The notes: generated from the letters alone by a model not told the origin. Positions 24,946 to 36,005 are shown, numbered from the stretch's first letter. The stretch is 49,228 nt of DNA from Candidatus Hydrogenedentota bacterium (GCA_023145975.1 JAGLCZ010000777.1:1-49228); one strand, 5' to 3'. Translations and numbers: made by a program.

Positions 24946-26919
24946 CTACGCAGTTTCTGAAACTGTGTCATCCGGCGTTATCCCCTTTTCATCCGAAACC
25001 TGTTCCTCTGCAACTGCCGCCACAACTGCTTCCACCTCTTCTACCTGTTCCTTATCTTCCTCAGGAACAGGCGGCTTGGGACGATCCGGTAAGACTCCAG
25101 GTCCAGCGGCATCAACAATAACAACGTCAATTTCATCCGCATCAAGTGTTTCGCGTTCATATAATGTATCTGCCAGCGCTTTCAAAACATGCTCATATTT
25201 TTTTAGCATCTCATACGAATCTTTGTAACTGTCTTCGCAGATACGGTGTATTTCACGGTCCACGGCCGAAGCAGTCTCTTCGCTGAAATCACGGGTTTTC
25301 GCAAAATCACGTCCAAGAAATACTTCATCGCCACCACCGAAAGTAATGGGACCAAGATCACTCATCCCCCACTCACAAACCATCTTATGCGCCAGTTGTG
25401 TAGAGCGTTTGAGATCATTGGAAGCACCACTTGTAAATTCATCGTAAATAATATCCTCGGCAGCACGACCCGCCATCAGAACGCGAATCATTGCCAAACA
25501 GTAGGATCGGGTCATACTATGCCGGTCTTCTTCAGGTAACCAGCTGGTAACACCAAGCGCCATCCCCCGCGGAACAATTGTGACCTTATGGACGGGATCG
25601 CTATCAGGTAATAATCTGGCAACTAACGTATGTCCCGCTTCGTGATAAGCTGTAGCTATCTTCTCCTTGGCACTCAAGATCATACTGCGCCGGGCAGGCC
25701 CCATCATCACACGATCTTTCGCATCTTCCAGGGTGCCCATTGTCACAGCATCCATCTCCTTACGCGCCGCAAGAAGTGCCGCTTCATTGACCAGATTAGC
25801 CAAGTCAGCCCCCGAAAAACCTGGGGTTCCCCGAGCAAGTACGCCTAAGTCTACATTTTCATCCAACGGTATTTTTTGATTCTGAATATGAATATCTAAG
25901 ATGGCTTTACGTCCCTTGATATCGGGATTAGGCACTATAATCTGCCTATCAAATCGTCCAGGCCGCAACAACGCCTGATCCAACACATCCGGTCGATTCG
26001 TAGCCGCCATAAGAATAACACCGTCGTTTGCACTGAAGCCGTCCATCTCAACCAATAATTGATTCAGCGTCTGTTCCCGCTCGTCATGCCCGCCGCCAAG
26101 CCCAGCACCCCGTTGACGCCCAACAGCATCAATTTCATCAATAAAAATAATACAGGGTGCATTTTTGTGCCCCTGCTGAAACAAATCACGCACACGACTG
26201 GCACCAACCCCCACAAACATCTCAACAAAATCAGAACCACTTATACTAAAGAAAGGCACTCCCGCTTCCCCTGCAACAGCCCGCGCAAGCAAAGTCTTTC
26301 CTGATCCCGGCGATCCTATCAACAGCACACCACGCGGTATTTTTCCGCCCAACCGCGAAAAACGTTTGGGATCCTTCAGGAAATCAATAATCTCCTCGAG
26401 TTCTTCCTGGGCTTCATCAACACCTGCCACATCCTTAAAGGTATCTTTCTTTTCTCCCTCATTCACCATGCGGGCACGGCTTTTACCGAAAGACATTGCC
26501 TTATTGCTGCCGCCCTGCATTTGCCGGAACATAAAAAACCAAAACACCCCGAAGATCAATACGAGAGGAAGTATATTCAACAACAAGCCCTGCCATACCC
26601 CACTGGCGACTTTGTAGTCATAGGGTATATTCTGTGCATTAAGTGACTGTCGCCATTCCTCACGAAATTCATTCGTTTTGAAGTCCATGGAATCCTGGCT
26701 TTCGACTTCCTCTTTGAACTCCGCGGAAACCTGCAGCAGATTAGATCCCGCCTCCTTGATAACCACCGATTCTATATTTTCCGCATTCAACTGCGTTACA
26801 AAATCAGGTTCTTTTAAGGAACGGTGCGTCCCCTGAAATCTTGAGAGATTCGATAGTACCAATACAGCAATAATCAGCAGTACTATCCACATAGAAGCAT
26901 GTTTTAAAAAATTATTCAT
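24946..26919 (-). CDS. ftsH: ATP-dependent zinc metalloprotease FtsH
   Basis: An N-terminal TM is present. The Walker A motif is [18 protein letters not shown], the SRH region is present, and the zinc motif is HEAGH. ftsH-folP adjacency is conserved in many bacteria. Confidence 0.95.
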   Translation of the reverse strand: MNNFLKHASMWIVLLIIAVLVLSNLSRFQGTHRSLKEPDFVTQLNAENIESVVIKEAGSNLLQVSAEFKEEVESQDSMDFKTNEFREEWRQSLNAQNIPYDYKVASGVWQGLLLNILPLVLIFGVFWFFMFRQMQGGSNKAMSFGKSRARMVNEGEKKDTFKDVAGVDEAQEELEEIIDFLKDPKRFSRLGGKIPRGVLLIGSPGSGKTLLARAVAGEAGVPFFSISGSDFVEMFVGVGASRVRDLFQQGHKNAPCIIFIDEIDAVGRQRGAGLGGGHDEREQTLNQLLVEMDGFSANDGVILMAATNRPDVLDQALLRPGRFDRQIIVPNPDIKGRKAILDIHIQNQKIPLDENVDLGVLARGTPGFSGADLANLVNEAALLAARKEMDAVTMGTLEDAKDRVMMGPARRSMILSAKEKIATAYHEAGHTLVARLLPDSDPVHKVTIVPRGMALGVTSWLPEEDRHSMTRSYCLAMIRVLMAGRAAEDIIYDEFTSGASNDLKRSTQLAHKMVCEWGMSDLGPITFGGGDEVFLGRDFAKTRDFSEETASAVDREIHRICEDSYKDSYEMLKKYEHVLKALADTLYERETLDADEIDVVIVDAAGPGVLPDRPKPPVPEEDKEQVEEVEAVVAAVAEEQVSDEKGITPDDTVSETA

Positions 26920-27207
26920 ACCATATCACATATTTTTGTAATTGAAAAGTAAAATCACACTGCAAAAGTGTACACTCCAGATACCAGAAATAACGCCGCC
27001 AAATAACATAAAGTATACACACACGACCTATCATGCGTTACAGTATAATGGAATATGCAGGTTCGATTCCAAAAAATCATCCTAATCAACATCATGTTTA
27101 TCTTGAAAATAAGAAACAAATAGCGTATCCTTTACTGTATATGAGTGTGTCGTAGTCGTACAGGTATTTTGATACCATCCGCGGGGAATACAGGAAGGGA
27201 TAGAACC

Positions 27208-28173
27208 TTGAATCGTATTAAAGTCTGTTTCATCGGGTGTGGCGGAATTGCGAATGTTCATGCAAAGCACCTCTGCAACCATACGGATGTAAGCTTGACA
27301 GGTTGTTATGATACCAACATTGAATCGGCAAAGGAATTTTCAGATAAGTACAGTGTGCCAGTCTTCAAAAATGTAGAAACGCTCTACGACAAAACAAAAT
27401 CTCATGCAGTCTATATTTCTGTCCCCCCCTGCGCCCACGGAAAGTATGAAATCGAAGCGGCAAACCGGGGAATACCTTTCTTTGTAGAAAAACCTATTGC
27501 CACCGATTTGGAAACGGCAAAAAAAATTGCCTCCCTTGTAAGAAAATCAAAACTATTAACTTCAGTAGGCTATTGTTTTCGCTATAGTGATATGGTACAG
27601 ACAGCACAAAAAATACTAAAGGGGAAAGCAATATCCTTGATTACAGGTCTTTGCCACTGCGAGATGCCTCAATCTGCGTGGTGGCGATGCCATGATCAGA
27701 GTGGCGGTCAGATTATCGAACAGACAACCCATATTATCGACTTGCTCCTTTATCTCTGTGGACCTGTGTCTGAAGTACATGCAATGGCCAGTCGGGGCTG
27801 CATGTCTCAAATTGAAAACTATGATATTGACGACAGTAGTGTATTATCGCTACGACTTAAAACCGGGGCTGTAGCCTCGATTACCTCCACCTGTGTATTA
27901 AATAGTCCAGGTCGCACACGCATTGAGATTGTCACTCCGGAAAGAACTGTACACTTCACAGGTAATACGCTTCGAATAAAGGAAGAGCACAAAATTACTG
28001 AATACCAAAGTACTACCGATATGTACGCACTGGAAACAAATACATTCATTAAAGCCATACAACAAGGAAAACGGTCCGGGATTCGTTCTACCTATGCCGA
28101 TGCCTTAAAAACACTACGGGTTACTCTGGCAGCCAACGAATCTATCAACACAGGAATGCCCGTCAAACTGTAA
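27208..28173 (+). CDS. Gfo/Idh/MocA family oxidoreductase
   Basis: The Rossmann N-terminus is KVCFIGCGGIANVHAKH and EKP is present. The TTG at 27208 is preceded by ggaaggga with a 7-nt spacer. The ORF-track GTG at 27145 is the alternative start. Confidence 0.8.
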   Translation: MNRIKVCFIGCGGIANVHAKHLCNHTDVSLTGCYDTNIESAKEFSDKYSVPVFKNVETLYDKTKSHAVYISVPPCAHGKYEIEAANRGIPFFVEKPIATDLETAKKIASLVRKSKLLTSVGYCFRYSDMVQTAQKILKGKAISLITGLCHCEMPQSAWWRCHDQSGGQIIEQTTHIIDLLLYLCGPVSEVHAMASRGCMSQIENYDIDDSSVLSLRLKTGAVASITSTCVLNSPGRTRIEIVTPERTVHFTGNTLRIKEEHKITEYQSTTDMYALETNTFIKAIQQGKRSGIRSTYADALKTLRVTLAANESINTGMPVKL

Positions 28174-28298
28174 CAATCCCTGTTAAAAAAACAAAAGTAT
28201 CGGTAGCTGAATATAATATCTTGTAAGAATTTGTCTGGAAGCAAAACAATTGCATACAATGCCGCAGACGTAAAAATTTATAGTAGAAGGGTAAACAT

Positions 28299-29294
28299 AT
28301 GCTCTATAGACAATTGGGTAAGAGCGATCTTAATATTTCGGCAATTTCCTTTGGTGCTTGGCAAATAGGAGATCCTGATTTCTGGGGAACAGAAACAGAA
28401 GCGAATCCTGAAGATACTGTTGCAGCCGCCATTGACGCAGGCATAAACTTTTTCGATACGGCAGAAGTATATGGCGACGGAAATTCGGAAGTTATACTGG
28501 GAAAAGCGTTGCAAGAAAAACGGGATAAGGTATACATTGCAAGCAAGGTTTCCACAGATCATTGTACCCCTGAGGGCGTACGCAAAGCCTGCGAAAGCAG
28601 CCTGCAGCGATTGGGAACCAGTTGGATAGATTTATACCAGATCCACTGGCCTTTCAATAACTTCTGCTACCATGATGTCTACATGGAACTGGAAAAACTT
28701 AAAAACGAGGGAAAAATACGACACGTTGGGCTATCCAATTTCGGCTCCAGAGATATCGGTGAATGGATGGGGGAAGGCGTTGCTGTTTCAAATCAGTTAG
28801 GTTACAATCTTCTCTTCCGTGCCCCCGAATATGACATGATACCCACCTGTCGCAACTGTAACTTAGGAGTAATCACTTATATGCCCCTGATGCAGGGGCT
28901 GCTCACAGGCCAGTACGATTCCGTTGAAAAAATCCCGATGCCACGTCGCCGTACACGACATTTTGACGGAAAACGCGAAGGCGCACGGCATGGTCAAGCC
29001 GGACACGAAGAAGTACTGATGGATACCGTAGAAGATCTCTTTGATTTTTCAGATGCCATCGGCATCCCCATGTCTGTTTTATGTCTCTGCTGGATTATGG
29101 TACAACCTGGCATTACTTCAGTAATACTTGGGTCACGTAATGTAGAGCAACTCCTGCTAAATCTGCAGGCAGCTGACTTAAATATTGGACCCGCCGCGAT
29201 TGCGCAACTGAATGAATTTACCTTCCCTTTGAAAGTAGCAATGGGTGAGAATTGTGACATGTGGGAATCAGAAAAGAATAGTCGTATCCACTAG
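28299..29294 (+). CDS. Aldo/keto reductase
   Basis: Motifs are MLYRQLGKSDLNISAISFGAWQIG, GINFFDTAEVYGDGNSE, DLYQIHWP and GLSNF. Confidence 0.85.
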   Translation: MLYRQLGKSDLNISAISFGAWQIGDPDFWGTETEANPEDTVAAAIDAGINFFDTAEVYGDGNSEVILGKALQEKRDKVYIASKVSTDHCTPEGVRKACESSLQRLGTSWIDLYQIHWPFNNFCYHDVYMELEKLKNEGKIRHVGLSNFGSRDIGEWMGEGVAVSNQLGYNLLFRAPEYDMIPTCRNCNLGVITYMPLMQGLLTGQYDSVEKIPMPRRRTRHFDGKREGARHGQAGHEEVLMDTVEDLFDFSDAIGIPMSVLCLCWIMVQPGITSVILGSRNVEQLLLNLQAADLNIGPAAIAQLNEFTFPLKVAMGENCDMWESEKNSRIH

Positions 29295-29306
29295 AAAGAT
29301 AAATCG

Positions 29307-30302
29307 ATGATTACTTTTGTTATTCCTGTATACAATGAAGCACAAACCCTTGAAGCATTGACTGCAGGAATTCACGATCATATTGGAAACCGCGAGTACG
29401 GAATTCTTTATATTGACGATGGCAGTACAGACGATTCATGGAAAGTATTACTTGCTCTTCACGACAATTCACCTCAAGTTGAAATAATCCGTTTACGCCG
29501 AAATTTCGGTAAAACAGCTGCCCTGTCTCTTGGTTTTGCAATTGCTAAAAGTGACATTGTCATTACTATGGATGCCGACCTGCAAGATGATCCGGCTGAG
29601 ATACCCAATATACTGGCAAAGTTTGAAGAAGGTTATGATATTGTATGCGGTTGGAAACAACGTAGAAATGATCCTTGGCATAAAACATTCCCTTCCCGTA
29701 TATTTAATGCCTGGATAGCCCATACTTTCAAGCTACCCCTTCATGATGTTAATACCGGTTTTAAGGCGATACGCGGTACGGTAGCGGAACAGTTACCCTT
29801 GTGGAGTGATATGCACCGTTTAATCCCTGTTTTTGGTGCGCACATGGGATATAAGGTTACTGAAATACCAGTGAAGCATCATCCTCGAAAATTTGGACAT
29901 TCAAAATACGGAGTGGAACGTTTTTTTCGCGGTGCCGTTGACGCTGTAACAGCAAAATTTCTGACCCGTTATGGTAACTCCCCGGGTCAGTACTTCGGCA
30001 GAATGATGCTGTTCTGTATTTCGCTGGTGGGCATGTCATTTGCGGTTTCCCTATGTGCTGCTTTTATTGTGCCCCCGTTATATGGGGATCTGCCTTATAG
30101 CGAACAGCTGATCTTGACAGTAATGGTAATGTTAGCAACAATAACCAGCCTTGTAATAATCGGTATCGGTGCCATAGGATTTGGACTTGGTTTACTAGGC
30201 GAGCTAATACTGCGACAACTGCCCGCGCCGAATCCGAGACAATATATCGCCGAATCGCATACCACGAGATACATGGTTTTCGATGAAGATAACAGCGAAT
30301 AA
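29307..30302 (+). CDS. Family 2 glycosyltransferase, polyprenyl-phosphate sugar transferase type (GtrB/ArnC/DPM1-like) with C-terminal TM helices
   Basis: Motifs are FVIPVYNE, DDGSTDDS and MDADLQDDP. Two C-terminal hydrophobic helices are present. The gene starts 12 nt after the AKR gene. Confidence 0.85.
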   Translation: MITFVIPVYNEAQTLEALTAGIHDHIGNREYGILYIDDGSTDDSWKVLLALHDNSPQVEIIRLRRNFGKTAALSLGFAIAKSDIVITMDADLQDDPAEIPNILAKFEEGYDIVCGWKQRRNDPWHKTFPSRIFNAWIAHTFKLPLHDVNTGFKAIRGTVAEQLPLWSDMHRLIPVFGAHMGYKVTEIPVKHHPRKFGHSKYGVERFFRGAVDAVTAKFLTRYGNSPGQYFGRMMLFCISLVGMSFAVSLCAAFIVPPLYGDLPYSEQLILTVMVMLATITSLVIIGIGAIGFGLGLLGELILRQLPAPNPRQYIAESHTTRYMVFDEDNSE

Positions 30303-30405
30303 CAGTATAATATACTGCTTGCAGCAACAATTATAAACAATCACAAAATGTATAGCCTAGTCTATGCATTTTATTCATGAAGATTAAACAGCAAGGATAT
30401 AACGC

Positions 30406-30894
30406 ATGCCTCCCAAAAATCCGCCCCATCCCCTGGAAGGAAAAAGAGCGCCCGCATTCACACTGGAATCCAGTGCAGGATCAGCACTAAGACTATCCTC
30501 TCTGAAAGATCGTATTGTGGTATTATATTTTTATCCTAAGGACAACACCTCTGGATGTACCGTCGAAGCCAAAGAGTTTCGGGACACCTGCAACTCCTTT
30601 ACACAAGCCGGGGCTGCTGTTTTAGGGGTAAGCCCTGATTCCATTGTATCTCATAATAAGTTCATCACCAAGTATGACCTGAATTTCCAGTTACTGTCCG
30701 ACCCTGAACATACTGCCGCAAAAAAATATGGCGTATGGGTGGAGAAAAATATGTACGGCAGGAAATATATGGGAATACAGCGGGCAACATTCCTCATTCA
30801 AAAAGGCGGTAAAGTATGCCGGGTATGGTCCAAAGTTAAAGCAAAAGGACATGCACGGGAAGTACTCGAAGTCATAGAGTCTTTAGCTGATTAA
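30406..30894 (+). CDS. bcp: Thioredoxin-dependent peroxiredoxin Bcp
   Basis: The motif is VLYFYPKDNTSGCTVEA, containing the peroxidatic Cys. Confidence 0.88.
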   Translation: MPPKNPPHPLEGKRAPAFTLESSAGSALRLSSLKDRIVVLYFYPKDNTSGCTVEAKEFRDTCNSFTQAGAAVLGVSPDSIVSHNKFITKYDLNFQLLSDPEHTAAKKYGVWVEKNMYGRKYMGIQRATFLIQKGGKVCRVWSKVKAKGHAREVLEVIESLAD

Positions 30895-30907
30895 AGGAAA
30901 AGCCATT

Positions 30908-32695
30908 ATGTTATTACAACCAATTGACTGGATGATCGTAGGGCTGTTTTTCCTGGTATCGTTAACCATCGGTATCGCAGTTACCCGCAAAGCAGGAACA
31001 AGCACTGCAGAATTCTTTGCAGCCGGACGCAGTATGCCCTGGTGGCTGCTCGGTATCTCCATGGTCGCAACCACCTTTTCCACAGATACACCGAATCTGG
31101 TAACTAATTTTGTACGCGAAGAAGGAGTTGCAGGCAATTGGCGCTGGTGGGCTTTTCTGATCAGCGGGATGCTAACCGTATTTGTCTATGCCCGCCTCTG
31201 GCGGCGTTCCGGTGTCTTGACAGACCTTGAGTTTTATGAACTGCGCTACAGCGGAAAATCAGCTGCATTTGTACGGGGATTTCGTGCAATATATCTGGGG
31301 GTCTTTTTTAATGTTATTATTATGGCATCGGTTACGCTGGCTGCCATTAAGATAGGAAGTGTCCTGCTTAACCTGACCCCCATACAAACTATATTAATAG
31401 CGAGTACTGTTACTGTAATCTACAGTTCACTCGGTGGCTTACGCGGTGTACTCATCACCGATGTAATACAGTTTGCCATGGCAATGATCGGTGCCGTAGG
31501 TGCAGCTTATATTGCACTGCAACGACCTGAAGTAGGGGGACTCTCCGGCATGCTTTCCCATCCTGACTTACAGGGAAAATTATCGCTCCTGCCGGATTTC
31601 ACCAATCCCAACCAACGAGATCTTCTGATTGGTATGTTTCTTATGCCGGTTATGGTGCAATGGTGGAGCGTATGGTACCCCGGTGCAGAACCGGGCGGGG
31701 GTAGTTACACAGCACAACGTATGCTTGCTGCGAAAGACGAAAATAATGCGCTGGGCGCGGTCTTCCTATTTAATGCCGCTCATTACGCATTGCGCCCCTG
31801 GCCCTGGATCATTGTGGCATTGTGTTCCATAATCGTTTTTCCCAGTCTGGATTCATTACGGGAAGCATTCCCACATGCAGCTTCCATTGTTGGTAATGAT
31901 ATGGGATACCCTGCGATGCTGACCTTTCTTCCCGCTGGACTACTTGGGCTTGTAGTGGCATCCCTGATCGCTGCTTACATGTCCACCATTTCCACCCATC
32001 TGAACTGGGGGGCATCATATATAGTTCATGATTGTTACCAACGATTTATTCGTCCTGACAGCAGCGAAAAAGAACTGGTACTGGTAGGACGAATTTCCAC
32101 TGTGGTACTAATGATACTGGCCGCTATGCTGGCACTCAATCTGGAATCTGCCCGTGGTAATTTCGAGATCATACTGCAGGTAGGTGCTGGTACCGGACTT
32201 ATCTTTATCTTGCGCTGGTTTTGGTGGCGTATTAACGCTTACAGCGAAATTACTGCCATGGCCGTATCTTTTCCAGTAGCAGTTTACTTAAAAGTTATTC
32301 ATGAAAAACTGGGATACACCCCCATAGACAGCGATCTTCAGTTGGTGCTCACAGTCGCCATTACCACAGCAGCATGGGTACTGGTTACCTTTTTAACTCC
32401 CGCTTCGTCTGAAGAAACACTACGCAACTTCTGTAAACTAATCCGTCCCGGCGGTCCTGGATGGCGACATTTTACCAAAGATCTTCCCGATGCCGCCCCT
32501 GGCGAAACTGCTTGGCAAGTGCCTCAGGGTATTCTGTGCATGATGCTTGGTTGTGTTTCCATATATTCGGTACTATTCGCCACAGGCTATTGGCTTTATG
32601 GACGCTATGGTCTGGCATCATCCCTTACTGCACTTGCTATCGTTTCCGCAGTTATTCTGACACGACAATGGCGCGCATTTATAGCGCATTCCTAA
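30908..32695 (+). CDS. Sodium:solute symporter family transporter (substrate unknown)
   Basis: This is a 595-aa polytopic membrane protein. The SSF-like N-terminal region is EFFAAGRSMPWWLLGISMVATTFSTDTP. Confidence 0.8.
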   Translation: MLLQPIDWMIVGLFFLVSLTIGIAVTRKAGTSTAEFFAAGRSMPWWLLGISMVATTFSTDTPNLVTNFVREEGVAGNWRWWAFLISGMLTVFVYARLWRRSGVLTDLEFYELRYSGKSAAFVRGFRAIYLGVFFNVIIMASVTLAAIKIGSVLLNLTPIQTILIASTVTVIYSSLGGLRGVLITDVIQFAMAMIGAVGAAYIALQRPEVGGLSGMLSHPDLQGKLSLLPDFTNPNQRDLLIGMFLMPVMVQWWSVWYPGAEPGGGSYTAQRMLAAKDENNALGAVFLFNAAHYALRPWPWIIVALCSIIVFPSLDSLREAFPHAASIVGNDMGYPAMLTFLPAGLLGLVVASLIAAYMSTISTHLNWGASYIVHDCYQRFIRPDSSEKELVLVGRISTVVLMILAAMLALNLESARGNFEIILQVGAGTGLIFILRWFWWRINAYSEITAMAVSFPVAVYLKVIHEKLGYTPIDSDLQLVLTVAITTAAWVLVTFLTPASSEETLRNFCKLIRPGGPGWRHFTKDLPDAAPGETAWQVPQGILCMMLGCVSIYSVLFATGYWLYGRYGLASSLTALAIVSAVILTRQWRAFIAHS

Positions 32696-32728
32696 TAAAC
32701 TCTTTCCCACTATGGAGAACTCACTGAA

Positions 32729-33787
32729 ATGAAAGTTGGTATGATTGGATTCGCACGATCTGGAAAAACGACTGTGTTTAACGCCATTACAGGCGCATCT
32801 GCTGAAGTAGGTACTTATGGTAACCGTGAAGCAAATCTGGCAGTTATTAAGGTACCGGATGACCGTGTAGACAAACTCTCCGAAATTTTCAAACCAAAAA
32901 AGAAAACCTATGCGGAGTTTGAATTTATTGATATTGCACCTGCGGAAAATGCAGACAATAACAACGCACTCGATAATGCCGCATTAAACCTGTTGAAAAA
33001 TGCGGATGCACTGGTACATGTGGTACGCGCCTTTAAAGATGAAAATGTGATGCACCCGCTGGATAGCGTCGACCCGGCGCGAGACGTTCAAGCCCTGGAA
33101 GAAGAGCTGCAAATAACCGATTTTATTATTATAGAGAAACGCATTCAACGTCTAGAAAAAGAACGGCGCAAAGACCAGGAATACGATCTGCTCATTCGTT
33201 GTAAAGAACATCTGGAAACGGGAAATCCATTGCGTAACCTGTCCATGAATCCACAGGAAGAAACTTTACTGCGCAGTTTCACCTTCCTATCCCAAAAGCC
33301 CATGATGCTGCTTGGTAACTATGGCGAGGATGCAATAGGCAATGAAGATCCCGCCCGGCTTAGCAAAACAGCAGAAGAACAAAATCTCAAACAGATTGAA
33401 TTCTGCGGCACGCTGGAGATGGATGTCAGCCAATTACCCCGCGAAGAACAAGCTGATTTCCGGGAAGAGTTAGGGCTGGGAGAAGAATCACGCATACGAT
33501 TTATCCAGTTTGCGTATGAAATGCTCGGGCTAATGAGTTTTCTAACCGCTGGTGAACCGGAAGTACGCGCATGGACTATACGAAAAGAAACCCGCGCTGT
33601 AGATGCCGCCGGCGTCATTCATTCAGACATCAGTCGCGGATTTATACGTGCAGAAACGGTCGCATATAATGATTTTATGGATGCAGGTTCCATGGTAAAA
33701 TCAAAAGAAAACGGAAAGGTACGCCTTGAAGGAAAAGAGTATATCGTCAAAGATGGCGACATGCTCCTATTTCGCTTCAACGTGTAA
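32729..33787 (+). CDS. ychF: Obg-like ATPase YchF (divergent P-loop)
   Basis: The N-terminus is MKVGMIGFARSGKTTVFNAITG. The C-terminal YchF/DUF933-type segment is RAWTIRKETRAVDAAGVIHSDISRGFIRAE. Confidence 0.75.
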   Translation: MKVGMIGFARSGKTTVFNAITGASAEVGTYGNREANLAVIKVPDDRVDKLSEIFKPKKKTYAEFEFIDIAPAENADNNNALDNAALNLLKNADALVHVVRAFKDENVMHPLDSVDPARDVQALEEELQITDFIIIEKRIQRLEKERRKDQEYDLLIRCKEHLETGNPLRNLSMNPQEETLLRSFTFLSQKPMMLLGNYGEDAIGNEDPARLSKTAEEQNLKQIEFCGTLEMDVSQLPREEQADFREELGLGEESRIRFIQFAYEMLGLMSFLTAGEPEVRAWTIRKETRAVDAAGVIHSDISRGFIRAETVAYNDFMDAGSMVKSKENGKVRLEGKEYIVKDGDMLLFRFNV

Positions 33788-33811
33788 CCCCCGTCACACG
33801 TATAAACCAAA

Positions 33812-33841
33812 GAGGTCTGACACGTTCCCGTACCAGACCTC
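33812..33841 (+). terminator. Hairpin between convergent ychF and ADP-ribosylglycohydrolase genes (possible terminator, no U-tract)
   Basis: An 8-bp stem pairs gaggtctg (33812-19) with cagacctc (33834-41) around a 14-nt loop. It lies 25 nt after the ychF stop. Confidence 0.3.
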
Positions 33842-33974
33842 CGCGGAAGGAGAAACGCCACTTAGTGGCATTGACCAATTTAATTATACCATATTTTCAG
33901 AAGATCGGTAAGTTTTACCCAGAAAACAATATGTTTGCATACTATTATGATTTTGTTCGGTCAAATTATCTCTA

Positions 33975-34880
33975 TTATCTAATCATATTGCTCTTAAGTC
34001 CATCTGCCAGATCACCTATTTCGATGTACATCGTCAGTTTTTCCAGATAATGCTTAGGGATACCGGATTCACCATAGTACGCACCAGCAACCTGTCCGCA
34101 TATTGCTGCTGTAGTATCCGCATCATCCCCTAGGTTTGCCGCCATAAGTACTGCCTCGTTGAAAGTTTCTGTTTTCATAAAACACCACATTGCTGCTTCA
34201 AGACTTTTAACAACATACCCCGTTCCACGGATTTCTGAAATCTCTTTTTGAAGATAATCAGCTTGTGCAATAGCAATGATGGCATCATCTCCCGTAAAAG
34301 TTTTGCTGTCCGCCAAAGCCGTTTCGGATTTTGATGCACCTGCAAGGGCACGAATAAGAATTCGGGCAAAAAGGCGGGATGCATCAATACATTGCTCGCA
34401 TCCGTGAGTGGTTTTTGAACTTTTCGCTGCATAACATTCCGCTTCATTAATATCTGGATAATAAAACATCGGTATGGGGGCAAGCCGCATAATACATCCA
34501 TTTCCCGCAGACCGCGGAGCAGTGGAACCGGAAAAAGGGTCGCCTGTTTTTTTGAACTTCTGCAGTGCGCTGGAAATGGTGCCGCCAATATCAAAACAGT
34601 CCCCTGTACTACTAAGATAACCGGTTTCAGCCCAACGCGAATAACGTTCCATCTGGTCCTGCGCATCAAATTTATTACATTCGATCAAACTGGTTGCCAA
34701 ACATAAAGCCATAGAAGTATCATCTGTCCATTGACCGGGTTTCAAACGAAATGGTCCGCCGCCAACCATATCAGTTAAAGGTTCAAAAGTTCCTCGTGGC
34801 GAAAATTCCACTGAAGTTCCAATGGCATCTCCTGCAGCCAATCCCAATAAGCAGCCGCGAAATCTATCTTGTGTATCCAT
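33975..34880 (-). CDS. ADP-ribosylglycohydrolase family protein (DraG/ARH-like)
   Basis: Motifs are FRGCLLGLAAGDAIGTSVEF, WTDDTSMAL and GDDADTTAAICGQVAGAYYG. Both metal-binding acidic clusters are present. Confidence 0.85.
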   Translation of the reverse strand: MDTQDRFRGCLLGLAAGDAIGTSVEFSPRGTFEPLTDMVGGGPFRLKPGQWTDDTSMALCLATSLIECNKFDAQDQMERYSRWAETGYLSSTGDCFDIGGTISSALQKFKKTGDPFSGSTAPRSAGNGCIMRLAPIPMFYYPDINEAECYAAKSSKTTHGCEQCIDASRLFARILIRALAGASKSETALADSKTFTGDDAIIAIAQADYLQKEISEIRGTGYVVKSLEAAMWCFMKTETFNEAVLMAANLGDDADTTAAICGQVAGAYYGESGIPKHYLEKLTMYIEIGDLADGLKSNMIR

Positions 34881-35126
34881 ATTATTTATTCTCTCCCTTC
34901 GTTTGTATTTTTAAATATGGCGAAGAATTCACAATCATCCTGAATAAGAAGATAATTTCAGGCAAACTCTTCCGTAATACAAAAATGCAGCGTACCCGCA
35001 GTGGAGGAGTCATACTGAAATCCGCCCGTAGTAAGTTTACCACAGAAAAATAAATCTGCACACTTATTCCCATACACATAGCCCTAAGTTTTGCTGATAA
35101 TATTTTAAACTGCTTGATTCAATGGG

Positions 35127-35155
35127 TTGATACCTTTATTTTTATGGTGTATACT
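35127..35155 (+). promoter_or_regulatory. Sigma-70-type promoter candidate for the comEA-like gene
   Basis: TTGATA (35127-32), a 17-nt spacer, then TATACT (35150-55). It ends 40 nt upstream of the ATG at 35196, which has an aaagga SD. Confidence 0.45.
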
Positions 35156-35195
35156 GCCCCTGTTTTAGTATAGAGAGTAACCGAAAGGATTCTTC

Positions 35196-36005
35196 ATGGG
35201 TAGATCGTCATTGCTTCTAGTTGGTATTACCCTAATCTGCGGCACCCTGCTGGGATGGGGTGGTGCCTCAATACTCAATCGATTCCGTGATGTGTCTGTT
35301 GAAACAAAGGCGAGTACTACTGAAACCATTTCTACTGATCAACAACAGAAAACCTCCGTTCAGAGCCCTGTAACAAAAACTCCCGCTATACAAAGAGAAG
35401 ACATTCTAAACATCACACCCTCTGAAACACACCCGCAAAACAAGATTGTCATAAGTATAAATGGTGCGGTGCGGCATCCGGGTGTTTATACCTTTGCAGA
35501 AGGCGCACGGGTAAATGACGGCATTAGAAAAGCAGGCGGGACGGCTATAGAAGCAGATATTGGCGATATTAATATTGCAGCACGGATGATGGACAATACA
35601 TCCCTGTATATCCCCTTTCAAATCTTCCGTCACCAGAAACAACAAACCCTGATAGCCAAACGTACAGCAAGTGCTGCAGAAATAAATCCACCGCGATATA
35701 CACGCAGCGGCTGGGCGTTACAACAACCTTCTGGATTTACTTCAGAATCTGATCCCTCCCCCGCAACAACAGCGGCATCAGTACCAGCCGAAGCCACAGC
35801 CACACCTGCTTCAGGTCTGGTAGATCTTAATCAGGCAACTCTTAACGAACTTCAAACTTTGCCCGGAGTAGGTCCCAAAACCGCAGAGAAAATAGATGCC
35901 TATCGCCGTACACAGCCATTCCGAACAATTGAAGATCTTGAATCGGTCCACGGCATCGGCCCCAAACGAATGGAGACACTGCGCAGCCTTATTATCGTGA
36001 ATTAA
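35196..36005 (+). CDS. comEA: ComEA-like DNA-binding protein (TM anchor, SLBB domain, helix-hairpin-helix)
   Basis: An N-terminal TM is present. The SLBB-like segment is ISINGAVRHPGVYTFAEGARVNDGIRKAGG. The C-terminal HhH pair is LVDLNQATLNELQTLPGVGPKTAEKI...LESVHGIGPKRMETL. Confidence 0.8.
   Translation: MGRSSLLLVGITLICGTLLGWGGASILNRFRDVSVETKASTTETISTDQQQKTSVQSPVTKTPAIQREDILNITPSETHPQNKIVISINGAVRHPGVYTFAEGARVNDGIRKAGGTAIEADIGDINIAARMMDNTSLYIPFQIFRHQKQQTLIAKRTASAAEINPPRYTRSGWALQQPSGFTSESDPSPATTAASVPAEATATPASGLVDLNQATLNELQTLPGVGPKTAEKIDAYRRTQPFRTIEDLESVHGIGPKRMETLRSLIIVN

Noticed and set aside
24346-24960. 204-aa plus-strand ORF opposite folP, and a similar 224-aa ORF at 44559..45233 opposite gcvPA/gcvH
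   Set aside because: Both are fully antisense to well-supported genes and have no motifs. I treat them as non-coding.
27057-27070. tRNA T-arm-like string GCAGGTTCGATTCC in the ftsH/oxidoreductase intergenic region (a possible tRNA remnant or att site)
   Set aside because: The 3' half of the T-stem does not pair (CCAAA instead of CCTGC). No acceptor, anticodon or D arm can be built around it, and no integrase or full tRNA is nearby. It is probably coincidental.
30303-30317. 15-nt palindrome cagtataAtatactg containing TATAAT just after the glycosyltransferase stop, and ACACT/AGTGTACACT half-sites at 26957-26976 upstream of ftsH
   Set aside because: Arms of 5-7 bp are expected several times by chance in a 49-kb window. 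There is no U-tract for a terminator, and I found no second copy of either motif by eye.
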